Below, in pieces: positions 25,233 to 38,000 of a stretch of DNA of 64,000 nucleotides (position 1 is its first letter; each line of letters begins with the position of its first letter). The notes beneath the pieces were generated by a model. The model had not been told where the DNA came from. It worked only from the letters and a program-made list of their open reading frames with translations, and did no database searches. The translations under genes and the position numbers were made by a program. The stretch is taken from positions 15,688,001 through 15,752,000 of the forward strand of contig NC_045698.1 of the NCBI RefSeq assembly GCF_009834535.1. Reading direction: 5' to 3'. This stretch comes from Camelus ferus. Lineage: Eukaryota.

Positions 25233-25842
25233 TGTATTATTTGTCTATTGGTAGGCATAACATCACCATGGATGCAGCCACTGAACGCAAATTTATAATT
25301 GAGCTATTATTTCTATTGCTCAGGATTCTGGTACATTCTAGCTGGGTCTTCTACTCAGGGTCTCGTAAGCCTGAAATCCAGGTGTTGGTCAAATACGTCC
25401 TCACCTGGAGACTTGACTAGGAAACGCTCTCTTCCATGTCCCTTTAGGATTTGGCAGAATTCACTCCCCTGTGGTTGCAGAGCTTAAGACCCCAGTGTCT
25501 TGCTAGCTGTCAACTAAGACTGACCTTGGCTCCTAGAGGCCGCTTTCAGGTGATGCCCTGTGTCCTTCCAGCTCAGCAGTAAAAGAACCTCCTTCACACT
25601 TAATCTCAACCACATATCAGATCTCTGATTCTCCTTCTGCTCCCAACCAGAGAAAACTCTCTGCCTTTAAAGGGCCTATGTGATTAAATCATGCTCTATT
25701 TTATGATCAACTGGGCCATGACCAAATCATGACCTAATCATGGGAGTAAAATCTATCATAATCATGGTCCCCATGATTATGCAAGGAGTGTACCACAGTG
25801 GGAGGGAAATCTTGGGGCCAAGGTAGATAATTGATTACCACA
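25233..25842 (-). mobile_element. MaLR solo LTR, MLT1E-like
   Basis: TGTATT...ACCACA ends; TTGGCAGAATTCA, CAGAGAAAACTCTCTGCCTTTAAAGGG, GGAAATCTTGGGGCCA motifs; flanks AGCTT (25228-25232) and AGCAT (25843-25847). Confidence 0.85.
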
Positions 25843-28800
25843 AGCATAAAGAGGGCCATGATATAAATGGAGAACTGAACACTCTTCTCCAGTAAAAACA
25901 CAAAAATTTTAATTTGATTCAAAACATTAGGAAACATGCATAGTTAGACATTCAGTGTTTTAAGCAGATAGAAGGATCTTTTAAACAAGGTACCATTTAA
26001 TCATGGCATTAAAGAACAGTTGAGAATACATTTGAGAGAAATATGACTTCCTTGGAATGATATATTTTGTGCATATTTGGGGTTTTGGAACAGATCGTTG
26101 AACATAAGATGTTTTAAAGCACTTGAAAATATCTAAAAATAAAGGAAAATTTCTTACAGAAGGAAAGCAGTTGATATTCAATGAGAAGTATTACATAAGC
26201 ATCATTAATGTATGTAAGGAAATAAACTCCCAATAATGGGATGAAACAAAGGCAACACTGATTAAAAAAAGATTTACAGACATGAGCTGCATATACTTGT
26301 TTTATGGACTAGAACAGTTCTCTGCCTTCTAGAATTGGAGAATATGCAGCAACTCATTCTGCCTTATGGGCATTTCAGAGCTTTTAATCTAGTGAAACCT
26401 ATGTTTCAGCCGGTAGCATGTCAGGGTCTCATTACCCTGCTTCCTCAGTGCTCGATGTGGATGGTTAAGTCCCGGCATAAATGTCCCCCTTGGGGTTCCC
26501 TGAGGTGGAGCTGTGCAGGTTTGCATCTTTCCTTACTGACGAAAAAGGGGAGAAGATAACATTAAATATTCTATTCTGGTTTTCAGTTAAGCATTCACTA
26601 AGAACGATGAAAGTGGAGATTATGTGGCATGGCCTAAGGACTGTGCAGGAACAAGCTCTCCATCTGACATGTCTCATCAGAAGTCACTTTCTCACTGTAT
26701 TCAGTTGGCAAGCAGGCTCCCTCTCTGTCATAATGTCACCTACGCTTACTCAGGGATCACTAGCAAACAAGCTTAGCATAAGTGGACCATCTAATAAAAC
26801 AAACGTAAATTTAAATGGTACTTTAATGAGAAAAAATATTGCAAAGAGAATTGACAAAGACTTTTAAATACACTTTAGTTAACACAATTTTTCTTATTAA
26901 ATGATATTTTCTTATGAAGTCTTAGGCAACTTGAAATAATATGTGTCAGGAAGTCCTTGTTGGAATATTTTATTTTAAGGAACCACATCTATCTATACTC
27001 CAGGAAGAAAATGGAAAGAAATAATGGAGTATTTTCTGTCTCTAAATAATTGAGAGTAACATTTTAAAGACCATATTCATTATTTTATTTAGCCAAAGAA
27101 TAAATGTCAGCAAAATACACAGTTTTTACATAAAATACTAAGTAGCTGGCTGGATTTTGTTTTAAAATTTGAAATTATTAAAAAAAAAAAACACCCCATT
27201 TTGAAGAACACTAGAGAATTGAGAAGTTTTAAAGTAAAATTATAACTGCACTTTATCTCACATTGTCTTAGCCTTTTTGACATTTTAATTGCTGTGCCAT
27301 TTTTCACTAAGATGGCAAGTGTTTGTCACATATGCATGATGTAGCTTATGTTAATGTGTATCGATTAAAGTATAGATGGAGATGCCAGGATGTTGGAATT
27401 TTCCCCACTGTCACTCTACTGAATCCCTCTCTCTCCACTATTTTTACTTTTAAATAAAAGAAAGAAAACATGTATTTTTAAATACGTCTCTATGCTACAT
27501 GAACTCTAGTATTCATAGGTGGAAAAAACATAGTTTAACAAAAGAAAGACTAGAAAGCATGTACTTCACAAACTTGTAAGTCTTTCATTTCCGCATGGGA
27601 GACACTGCAGGAAAATCAATAGCTCCCTCTGAGTCGAGTGATCTAGTTGCTTCTGAGAAATTTACATCTCCCTGACAGGCAGTTTGTAAGGTCTAGTTCA
27701 CTTGGGTCACGGGAGTCCACACAATTTGCATCTTGAGCAATTTCTCTCTTTCCTTTTACCTGTTCTATGAGGAAGGAAGATTGAACCTGGCCATAAAGGG
27801 GAGCTCATTATGCCTCAGCTGAGAAGAGTAATTCTGCAGGTGTTCCTACAGTGCAAGAGTCTCATACAGTAATAATATTTTCTCATAGGTCCTCACACAC
27901 CAGGAAATGAAAGTAACAGACACCGAGGCATATTTGATGCATTTGACCTGATATTCACCAAATAAAATTAAAGTGTCCCATCAAGTTCATTGGTGAAATA
28001 CAATCTCAAGATGGATATACAGATCATTTGCCAACAAATATACAAGAGGAAAATATATTTAGGTTGCCTCTCATAAATCTGCGGAAAAAAATCCCCTATA
28101 TTTATTCTGCCCTTTGAAATTTACAAGGTCTAAATGTCAAATAAATGTTTGTCTTACGGTATAATAATAATATCTGGAATATATATACTAGTTTCTGCAG
28201 TAAGTTTAGTTTAAAAATAAATAAAAAACAAGAAGGAAATGCTGAAATATTTTTGAATCAAAATAAATGTGACAGCATTAATTTTATTTAAAGCTTTAGT
28301 ATAGCTATTTGAATCTCACCTACTGTTAAACATGAGTCCATTTGGACACCAACATAAGGAAATTTTTGATGTGAAGTCTAAAATCCACTCTGTTCCAATG
28401 TTTTCTCTCCTGTATAAAGATTATAAAGAGATTCAAATATTTTAATGTTCATCTTGTATTCACAGAAATGAATGTCTGGATGTAGATGAAATATATTATT
28501 ATAATTCATTATATATTATATTAAAACCTAGTATTTTGGGCCTGATGTATAAAAGAGGGGGAGACTACTACTTTAAAATGGGTTCTGTGTATCCATTTCA
28601 CAGTTTTCATCTTTATAATCTGGGATACATCTCCTGTTTTAAAAAAAGATTACACTATTTAAGCACCTGCATTCACCCAGAAAAGTCTATTTAATACCAC
28701 TGAACTTGAATACTAATAACTCAGGCCTAAGATGTGGTTCCTGGAAGCAGTCTACTATATCTTGCAAAAGTACTCTGGCAGAGTGTTGGTTATAGGCAGC

Positions 28801-29648
28801 ATTTGGAGAGGAAAAATGGTTTTATCCATTCCTTTCATGAATGATTCCCTCATTATTTTTGCATTAATTAAAATAGATAATATTCATTGAGACCTTACCA
28901 CAAGTCAGACGTCATGTTAAGTGATGCAACACATTTGTGGTTAGTCTACAGAAAACCATTCTGAGGTTGGTACGTAACAGCTGCCTTTTATTGCAAGATC
29001 CATTCATGAAGACCTTGTACTCACATAATCAAAGCTTAATTTTCCCACAGGTGCAAATAAAAAGCTGAATAGGTATGTTCTTTAGAAATATCATGGTGAT
29101 AATTTGGCTCTATTTTGAGTATTTCCAAATCTAGTGTCTGCTGCACACCACGTGGTGGTTTCTTCTTTCCATTGTCTTCCAGCGCTGGCTCTAGTACTCA
29201 ATTTTAGTATCAATATTACAGGCTATTTATATATTTTTTTGCATGATCACAATGCATGTTAATAAAAGCATAAGCACAAGCAAAATCACTCACAGATGTT
29301 CTGATACACTTAAACAACTGCTTGATTCACTATATATTGGCAAATTAGCACTAGTCATCATTTTTATTATCTACTATACTATTGCTACATGAACATAATA
29401 AAGACAGGATTTATGATGGTGCCCCCCTCAGTTTTGAAAATGTGTGACTCAGTCATAGCTTTACTTGTAGTATTTTAAAGTTTGCCTATAGAAGGATATT
29501 GCATTATTCAAAAATTTCTTCACAGTTAAATTGCTGGCATTGGTTTCCCTAGGCTTTTGAATATACAGATTCCCTAAAAGGTCCATAAGTTCCCTAGAGT
29601 AAATTTTGTAGCAGCAAAAATTTAAGGGAGAAAATAGAGGGTATGTAC

Positions 29649-29724
29649 AAGACAAAGACCTAATAACAAATCATCCAAAAGAGAAAGACAAAGACCTAAT
29701 AACAAATCATCCAAAAGAGAAAGA
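29649..29724 (+). repeat. Perfect 36-bp tandem duplication
   Basis: AAGACAAAGACCTAATAACAAATCATCCAAAAGAGA twice (29649-29684, 29685-29720), then AAGA. Confidence 0.97.
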
Positions 29725-30696
29725 AACGATCTCTGCACACCACTCCACAAGGCCAGAGGAGAGAAGGGACAAGATAGGGTATGTTGACAGTGATACACAA
29801 AGAAGAAAATAAAAGATAAAGAGAATACTGCTTTTCAGCAATAAATATGGTAATTTATTACTCAACTACTTCCATGATGAAAATGACTAACATTCTATGG
29901 TAAAACTTATTAAGATAATGAGGCTATGCCTAAGATTATACACAGTGGTGCTAGGAAAACTTCATTATTTTAATCAGAAAAATGGTGCATAGGTGTAATT
30001 TTCTTGAAAACCTTTTTAAAAAATATAACAGATTTTTTTCTCTAGATATATTAATCAAAACCATATTATTTCCTTTCTGATCTATATTTATGGCCCACAT
30101 AGTCCAGATGAATTTTCTCTCTGGCAGCTCTCTGTCTAACATAAACATTGTTGATAAAAACTACTGATCATTTTTTTACCCACCAAATAACAAATTTTCA
30201 TCTTAATGCATTTTACGTGCATTGCGAATATTAAATACTAAATAACTACTATGGCAGACGCTCACTTGGGTTTTTATCTGGTTGACAGTGGCTTATCTAT
30301 TTACTTCAAACACATAAGCCTCATTAAAGCCTACCTACCAGATAGGTAAAAAGGTACTGGAATTAATTTTACCACAAAATAAAATGACTACTCCTTTCTG
30401 GAAAAGGTAGGTCAAGGTACATGGCCATAATCAAAAGACAGTAGCAAAATCCATGTGTGTGTGGTTGTGGATATGTTTTATTGTCCCTTCATCAAATGTA
30501 TATATATACAACAAACAATAACAGATGTATAAGAATAAAATATGTACAAGTCAAAGTAAAATTCGAAAATCATCATCCATCTAGTGCTCCTCTGTCCCAG
30601 CACATCTAATCAGGCATGTGTTCCAGAGAGTTCTACAAATTCCTCAAAGAATCTCCATTTCAGTAGGGTATCCATCATTTGGCATGGGTCCAATCT

Positions 30697-31452
30697 CACA
30701 CACAGTCAATTAATCTTCGACAAAGGAGGCAAGAATATACAATGAAGAAAAGACAGTCCCTTCAGCCAGTCGTGTTGGGAAAGCTAGATGGCCGCATATG
30801 AATCAGTGAAGTTAGAATACTCCCTCATACCATCCATAAAAATAAATTCAAAATAGCTTAAAGATTTAAATATAAGACACGACACTATAAACCTCCTAGA
30901 AGAAAATATAGGCAAAACATTTTCTGACAAAAATCTTAGCAATGTTATCCTAGGGCAAGTCTATCCAGACAATAAAACTAAAAGCAAACATAAATGGGGC
31001 CTAATTAAACTAATAAGCTTTTGCACAGCAAAGGAAACCATAAACAAAACAAAAAGATAACCTATGGAATGGGAGAAAATGTTTGCAAATGATGAGACTA
31101 ACAAAGGCTTAATATATAAACAGCTCACACAAGTTAATAACAAAAAAAAAAAAAACAAACAACCCAATCCAAAACTGAGCAGGAGACCTAAACATGCAAT
31201 TCTCCAATGAAGACATACAAATGGCTGATAAGCACATGAAAAGATGCTCAATATTGTTAATTATCAGAGAAAGGCAAATCAAAATTATAACAAGGTCTTA
31301 CTTCATACCAATCAGTATGGTCATTATTAAAAAGTCCAAAAACAATAAATTCTGGAGACGGTGTGGAGAAAAGGGAACCTTCCTACACTGCTGGTGGGAA
31401 TGCAGTTTGGTGCAGCCATTATGGAAAAAAAAAAACAGTACGGAGATTCATT
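30697..31452 (+). mobile_element. LINE-1 ORF2 C-terminal fragment (pseudogenised, no 3' UTR or poly(A))
   Basis: TCTTCGACAAAGGAGGCAAGAATATACAATG; AAGCTTTTGCACAGCAAAGGAAACCA; ORF 31194-31454 translates [17 protein letters not shown]...[14 protein letters not shown], the L1 ORF2p cysteine-rich C-terminus. Confidence 0.95.
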
Positions 31453-32139
31453 AATGAATAGAAATATTAAATGTCATAAGCAGGAAAAGATTAATGCTAG
31501 AGGATCCTTGACAACTGTGTTTGGGGAAATTATCCATGGCTATGCATGGAGTTCCTTCTCTGGTCCCCTGTAACACACACGGCTCCCAGAATGCACACAC
31601 TCTGTGACCTTGCCCAGATGTTTAGTCTTGCATATCAGGGAGCTCAGGGAAAAGATACAAAGAGAATGAGGGGCACAGAGAGTTGAGCTGATACAAACGC
31701 TTCACTATATTCGTACTTTCTGTTCTCATTTGCCTTTTATGTCTAATACTATCTTTAATCCCAATGAGTTTTTTTGTTAGCACTGTAAGTTACAGAGTTC
31801 CCTTAACCTCCTTCTGTTCTCTCTTCTGAAAATTAAGGAGGGGGAGTTTTAGATGATTCAAAAGTCCTTACGAAAAAATAAGTCAACTTTAGAAGCTTAA
31901 AATAGTAAAATACTTTAAAAACAGCATGTATTTTGTAAGCACAATTAAAAACAGGTTGAAGAAAGAAATCCAAGCACTTCAAGTGTATTGGTTAACTGTA
32001 GCTGGAAGTTAAATTCATGTTTGAGATTTCTGAAAGCTGAGATACTAGAAAAACGCATACTTTTAAATGAACATCTTGCATGGTAGCTTGATTAGTGTGT
32101 CTGATTAACAAAAACATTTATGATTATCATAGAATAGGG

Positions 32140-32795
32140 GATTCACCTTCCAGGAAACCGCTCTTGTCAAAATCACATCACTCAACTCTGAGCCACATCT
32201 GGCAAGGCTGAGTATTTCCTTCTCCCTTACATGGCTTTCAATACACATTCTCTTCATCTTACCCCATAAGTTATTCCTTGACAGTCTCTTCTGTTGGTTC
32301 TTCCTTTTCACCTTGACCTTTTAATGTTATGTTTAAGGGCTATGTCCTTGGCCTTCTTATTTATTCTGTTTACATGCATTTGATCGGATTTCTGATCTAG
32401 TGTCAGAGCTTTAAATGCTCTCAATTTGACGACAACTCTCAAATATATAATATATAATTCCATCCAGAGATTCTTCTTGTCCTGTACATTTTATGTAGAT
32501 GTACAGAGACTCAAGTATTAATTGCCTACTCAACGCTCACCATGGGAATGTCTAATATGTATCTCAAACTTCTCAAACTTGTATACAAAACTGAACTTTG
32601 CTCCTCTATCCTCCATGAAAAAAATATCAGACCAAATTCTGAAGTCATTCTTGAATCTTCTCTTTATTTTACAATCTACATCCATTCCATTAGTGGAATA
32701 CTACCCTAAATATTCTGACCTTGAAAATGTTCACCCCTTTGTTGCTATAATCTTGATATGAGCCACCACTGCTTCTCACCTGGATCATTGCCATC
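32140..32795 (+). mobile_element. L2 element, 5' part (RT region remnant)
   Basis: TGACGACAACTCTCAAATATATA, CTCACCATGGGAATGTCTAA...TCTCAAACT, ending CTTCTCACCTGGATCATTGCCA. Confidence 0.8.
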
Positions 32796-33369
32796 TGCAA
32801 CGACACTCAGGACTGGATTGTCAAATGAGATACCCCATGGGGAATAGATCTGATTCAGTGTCGACCTTGTTAATAATTTCAAGGATACAAGTGAGGAAAA
32901 GATACAGGTGAAGCTGGGAGAGTTCTAGGACCCCTAGTGTGACTCCTTATGTTATTTTTTTGTCTCATCAAGTATGTATGTTCTATGAAATAGAGGAGAT
33001 TTCTAGTGAAGTATTTGGTCACCTCACTTACACAGAAAGAGCCATTTAGATGATAGGTCATCTCCATTTCATACTCTATCATTACAGAATTCACATTATA
33101 TTATCTGGGACACTATATCCCATAAGTCCATACATTGCAGGTTTGTTTACCCAAAGCAATTGTACAAGAAGTAAAAAATCCTTCCAAAACTTCTCATAGT
33201 AACGATACCCTAGCACAAACCATTTAATTTAACTGCCAGGAGGTCTGTCATTGTCATGTTTAATAGGAGGTCAGCCTCCTCATTGAAATTTGTTTCTTTC
33301 CTAGGAGCATTGCCTAGGTAAGGGGAATTAATTCACTGCAGATTTGCCACGTAAACATTTATGTCTCAA

Positions 33370-33796
33370 CCTAACAACGTCTCTGCTTTCACTACACCCT
33401 TCCCACCCACATTCTATTCTTAACACAGCAAGGGACTGGTCAGAATGTTGGTCTGATCATGTCATTCCTTTGCTTGTCATCACCCTACACTGACTTGACA
33501 TTTCCCTCAGGAGAGTCAGATTCCTGACAATGGCCCCACAGGCCCCACAGGATCAGTTCTTGTTACTTCTCTCAACTCCTCCTCTCTGTCTTCCATTTAC
33601 TGTCTCCACGGCAGCCTCCCTAGCCTCCTGGATGTTGTCCAGATTTGTCAGGCGTATTTCTGCTGCCTTTCTTATAGATAAACACAGGACAACTCCTTTG
33701 CTTCCTTTAAGTCTTAGCTGCATTCTCACTTTCTCAACGTGTGGATCCTTGATTCTTTATTTAAAATCCACAATTACCTACCCTTTCCACCTTTGT

Positions 33797-33829
<33 letters not shown>

Positions 33830-34045
33830 GCTATTTGTGATCTACCTCCTTACTGTATTTTACACTTTTCCTTATTAATTATCACTTCACTTTTTATTAT
33901 TCATAACTATTTCCTGTCTTAATTTGCTAGAATGCAAGTCCCAGAAGGGCAGGGATTTTTATCTCTTTTGTTCACTGATGTATCCCAAACACCTAGAAGA
34001 GGACCTGGTATATAGTAGATGCTAAACATTTTTGAATGAATACAT
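33370..34045 (+). mobile_element. L2 element, 3' part with intact tail
   Basis: TCTGATCATGTCATTCCTTTGCTT; tail TTGTTCACTGATGTATCCCAAACACCTAGAAGAGGACCTGGTATATAGTAGATGCT...TTGAATGAAT. Confidence 0.88.
33797..33824 (+). repeat. (CA)14 microsatellite
   Basis: Counted directly. Confidence 0.95.
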
Positions 34046-35995
34046 GATGCAACAGGAATGATGTAGCTGCTCATTTTAGTGGGTACCAGGTCATCCCTTA
34101 AACAGAAGCTAACATTTTTCCTCACGCTTGTATCATACTTCCTGATAGTCCATTGAGAGCGTAACTTTTCCTGGAATACTTTTCATTTCAAAAACATTTT
34201 CTCTTTCTAAATTTTTAATAAGCAAATAACCAAATTAGAATTTTTTTTGTATTTTCCTCAAAATATTTAAAGACTAGGTCAATCTATAATACTGGAAATA
34301 ACCATTTTTTACCATTATGCACTGTCAAGTCCTTATATTGCACAATTTTGCTAAATTACACAAAATACATACACATTTTTTAATGTTTTGACAGGTAGAA
34401 AACTACATAATAAAACACTACTGTAAAATAATTATATAGAAGAGCTTCATTTTGTAGAATTGTTGCTGCTCAAAGATATTACATTTCAGATACATTTTTA
34501 AATCAATGTCTACATTTGAAAAATCTCTTATTTTTACAAATGACTGCACTCGAAGAGAACGGATAGGTTTTACACTTTTAAAAATAAAAAAAATGACTGT
34601 AAAAGTCAACTTGAATCAAATCTAAGAAATCTCTTAATTGATGAGTAATGCTGTCTAAATGTCTTGAGGTTCAGAAGAAACTTGAATTGTTGAACTTCAA
34701 TCCTTATGTTTTATATGGAAGTCCTTTGGTAAGAAAATAAGTTGATTTTAAACTGAGAATAATAAACTAATCTAACAATCATCATTCACTCTTTGCAGTC
34801 ATACACCTTTAATGACATGAGGCATACATATGGATGAGAAAAAAGAGACCTCAATTTGTTTAGCTTAGACCCATTTCAATCATCAGGAGAGTATGAATAT
34901 GGGAATGGATGTGGTTTGTGGGACAATGTGTTAAAAATCTCTCCATTTATATTCTAAGGGCTGCTGGTCACATGAATGATTTTAAGCAGCAGAATATATA
35001 AATGCCAATCACGTAAATTACTCATGGGGAGCCAATGCCTTGCTGAAAGAAAGGTACCCCAGGGAACTAGAATGACCTTTCACTGCCAGACCAGAGCGGA
35101 TTGAAAAGTTTAATGTCATGGACAGATTTTGACAGTGGTAATGGTATTGGTGTCCTTGGCTTGTTCCTACTCTGGGGAGTTATAACTTTAAAAGCTTTGA
35201 TTTTTGTTTATCATGACGAGGTCTTCAAATATATTGCTCTTTGGACTCAATGGCTTTGGCATGCCCCACATTTCTTCTGTAGGTCTGGAATCAACCATAA
35301 GAAAATAAAACATGGCAATACTTTGAGGACATAATTTAAATCTTTAATTCTACTTTGGAATCTATAAGTACTATAAATTTATAGTGCTATAAACAGGTAA
35401 TGACATCATGATGAAAACTAGATTTTTCATTTTATATACGTTTGGGTATTTCTTTTTATAAAGTATTCTATATATGGCTCCTCTGGGTCTGGTTTCATTA
35501 ACAACATGAAAGTTAAGCTTTAAAAATCCATATTCCATTTCTAATAGCTTTCCTCTGGCACAAGAATATATATCTGACCCAAGATATATCTGACCCAAAG
35601 GAGAACATCACCCTTTACTTTCTCAATCACATTGACGTTCCTCAATCTCTCCTCATGACACTATCATTGAAGGGGACACTTTTCTATTGTTTCTAAAGGT
35701 CATCATTGTCCTCCCAGTTACATATCACTGCCACAAAATGCAGCTGAACAAGGACAAGAGAATTCTCATGTCTCTAACTTGGGAAACGGAGGACAAATTG
35801 GGGAGGTTGGAAGTTTTCTTTTTTTTTGAAGTATTCATTATGGGTTCTGCACCAATGTCATCATTGTTCTGGTTAAGTGTGACTCTTAACTTTATGTAAT
35901 GAGAACACTGTAAGTGTATATTCATGGAGATAATACATGTACTTGTAGGTATGTATTAATTTTGAGTGGATGGCAATTTAAAAATTTTGTGATTC

Positions 35996-36252
35996 ATTTA
36001 TGGTTACTGGGGGGAACGGGGGTGGGAAGGGATAAACTGGGAGTTGGAGATGTGCAAATAGTAACTACTATATATAAAATAGATAAAAAAAAACAAATTT
36101 CAGTGTCTTGTGGTAACCTATAATGAAATAGAATATGAAAACAATTATATGTTTGTAAATGTATGACTGAGGCATTGTGCTGTACACCAGAAATTGACAC
36201 ACTGGAATTGACTATACTTTAATTTAAAATAAAAAATAGGAAAAAAAAAAAA
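35996..36252 (+). mobile_element. Younger LINE-1 3' end (camelid-like) with poly(A) and degenerate TSD
   Basis: TATGGTTACTGGGGG...GGGATAAACTGGGAGTT...TGTGCTGTACACCAGAAATTGACACA, then an A tail. Flanks AAAATTTTGTGATTC (35981-35995) and AAAGTTATGTAATTC (36255-36269) match 12/15, preceded by TT/AAAA. Confidence 0.9.
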
Positions 36253-37014
36253 GTAAAGTTATGTAATTCTTTTCTTCGTGCCCCATCTTTCATTATGACA
36301 CTACTGGTCTCCTCTAAACCCACTGAGATTGTCCAGTTTTTCCTTGAATTCTGTTTCATAATTAGAGCTCCACGCTCTGACTAATGAGATGATATCTTCT
36401 ACTTGTGTAGTGATTGCTCACATATTTTGATGTCATCAGAAATCCTTAACAGACTTTGGTATCTTTAGCTAATTGAAGGAAGGGATCGTTTAATTTTAAA
36501 ACCACTTATTTGGCATGCATTATAGAGTCAATTAAAGACAGATAGACACAGATTTATGATAATATTCATGCTTATTTTCTCCCATTTTCTTTTCATTCCA
36601 CAAAAATGAAAAGCCAAGGAGCACAATTTGGCTTTTGTTTGTGTGCTTTCTCACTTTCCAGCTTCTTTCCACCCTGACTCTCCTTACAGCTTCCAGATGT
36701 GGACACGTATTATTTGTGTTGCACTTGATTCAAGTGCTGTTTTGACTTATGTGGTGCAATGTCTGACATACATCGTACATAAAAAGAAAGGGTCTAATAC
36801 ATTCCTTCAAAGAATAATCAAAGTAAATAATGTGTGCATGGGGCATACACTGCACAAATAAATACCACAAAGAGACAGCAGTCCTTGCTGTGAGGCACAC
36901 ATCTTCCCTGGTGACCTCCCGTTGACAATAACGACACTCCACTAAGGAAGAATAAGTATCCTTTCTCACGTCAGACAAAAAGAAAGAAACTGCTATTCGG
37001 ATGCATTTTAGTTG

Positions 37015-37330
37015 CTCTCTTTTTGTCTGTCCCACTGTCTATCTGCCCATCCAATCTCTGTTTCTCTTGTCTAACTTACAGGCTATTTTCCTTTCTTCAT
37101 GTTTATGTCTCTCTGTCTTCTTTCTCTGTCTCTGTCTCCCTCCCTCTGCTCTTTCTGCTGTGGGTCTCTTTGGTTCCTGATCTCACTCTACTTCTCTGAC
37201 TTTTTCTCTTTGCCTCTATTTTTGTGTTTGTATGTGTGTCTCTCTCTACACACACACAAACACGCATACACACACATACGCACACACACATCCCTTCACA
37301 TTTCCGCATTTTCTCTTTATCTTCTCATAT
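37015..37330 (+). repeat. Pyrimidine-rich low-complexity tract followed by degenerate (CA)n
   Basis: Long CT-rich run with TCTCTG units, then CACACA/CATACA variants. Confidence 0.75.
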
Positions 37331-37789
37331 TTATATATGGAGCGATATAGATATATAATTTACACTTTATGGGTTGAACTCATTACTGTTCTGCTCTCTT
37401 GCGTAGTAAAATATCCGTCACGCTATCCCGCTTACTGAGCCAAAGTTCTTCCCTACAGTCGACAAACCTCCTAAGAGTCTGAAAATGAACAGTCTTATCC
37501 ATAATGATGACCGTGTGCACGAGATTTGCATAGTACCTTTTCAGTCAAACTGTTATGCAGCCCGTTTAGACCTCTGACTTCAAGAATGCATACAGAATTG
37601 TTTAACACAATGACCTTGGCAAGCCTCACAGTAAAGTCTGATTCTGAAAAGATAACACCTGAAAGAAAAATAATTTACATCTAGCATTCCCAAGTCTAAA
37701 TTGTACCCATGATAGGCAATTTTTCTCAGGGCTGAATCTATGCCTACAGTATATGTTGTTGGGGAAAGTAGGAGAAAGAAATGATTGTT

Positions 37790-38000
37790 GAATGAACATT
37801 ACTGTCTAAGCACAATGTTAACTGCTTTATATTTAACAGCTCATTTCATTTTCTCTGTCACATGTTAATCTCTCTAAGTTATTTTTGGTTTATACATGAG
37901 TAAACTGGAGTTCTAAAAAGTAAATTAAACTGATTGCTGTCATAGATTTGGGAAGTAGTATGTTTGGGATTCAACTTCAGAGCCACGGGTACTGAAAACA
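37790..38000 (-). mobile_element. MIR fragment
   Basis: AACATTACTGTCTAAGCACAATGTTAACTGCTTTATAT...CTCATTTCAT...ATGAGTAAACTGGAG...GGGATTCAAC. Confidence 0.6.

Noticed and set aside
29649..29720. 36-bp repeats as a CRISPR array (also the 19116/20776 pair)
   Set aside because: Only two copies each, with no spacer or a 1.6-kb gap; the two units are unrelated; no cas genes; mammalian context.
31194..31454. Functional or domesticated L1 ORF2 protein
   Set aside because: The upstream ORF2 sequence has stops, deletions and expanded A runs; this is an ordinary decayed fragment.
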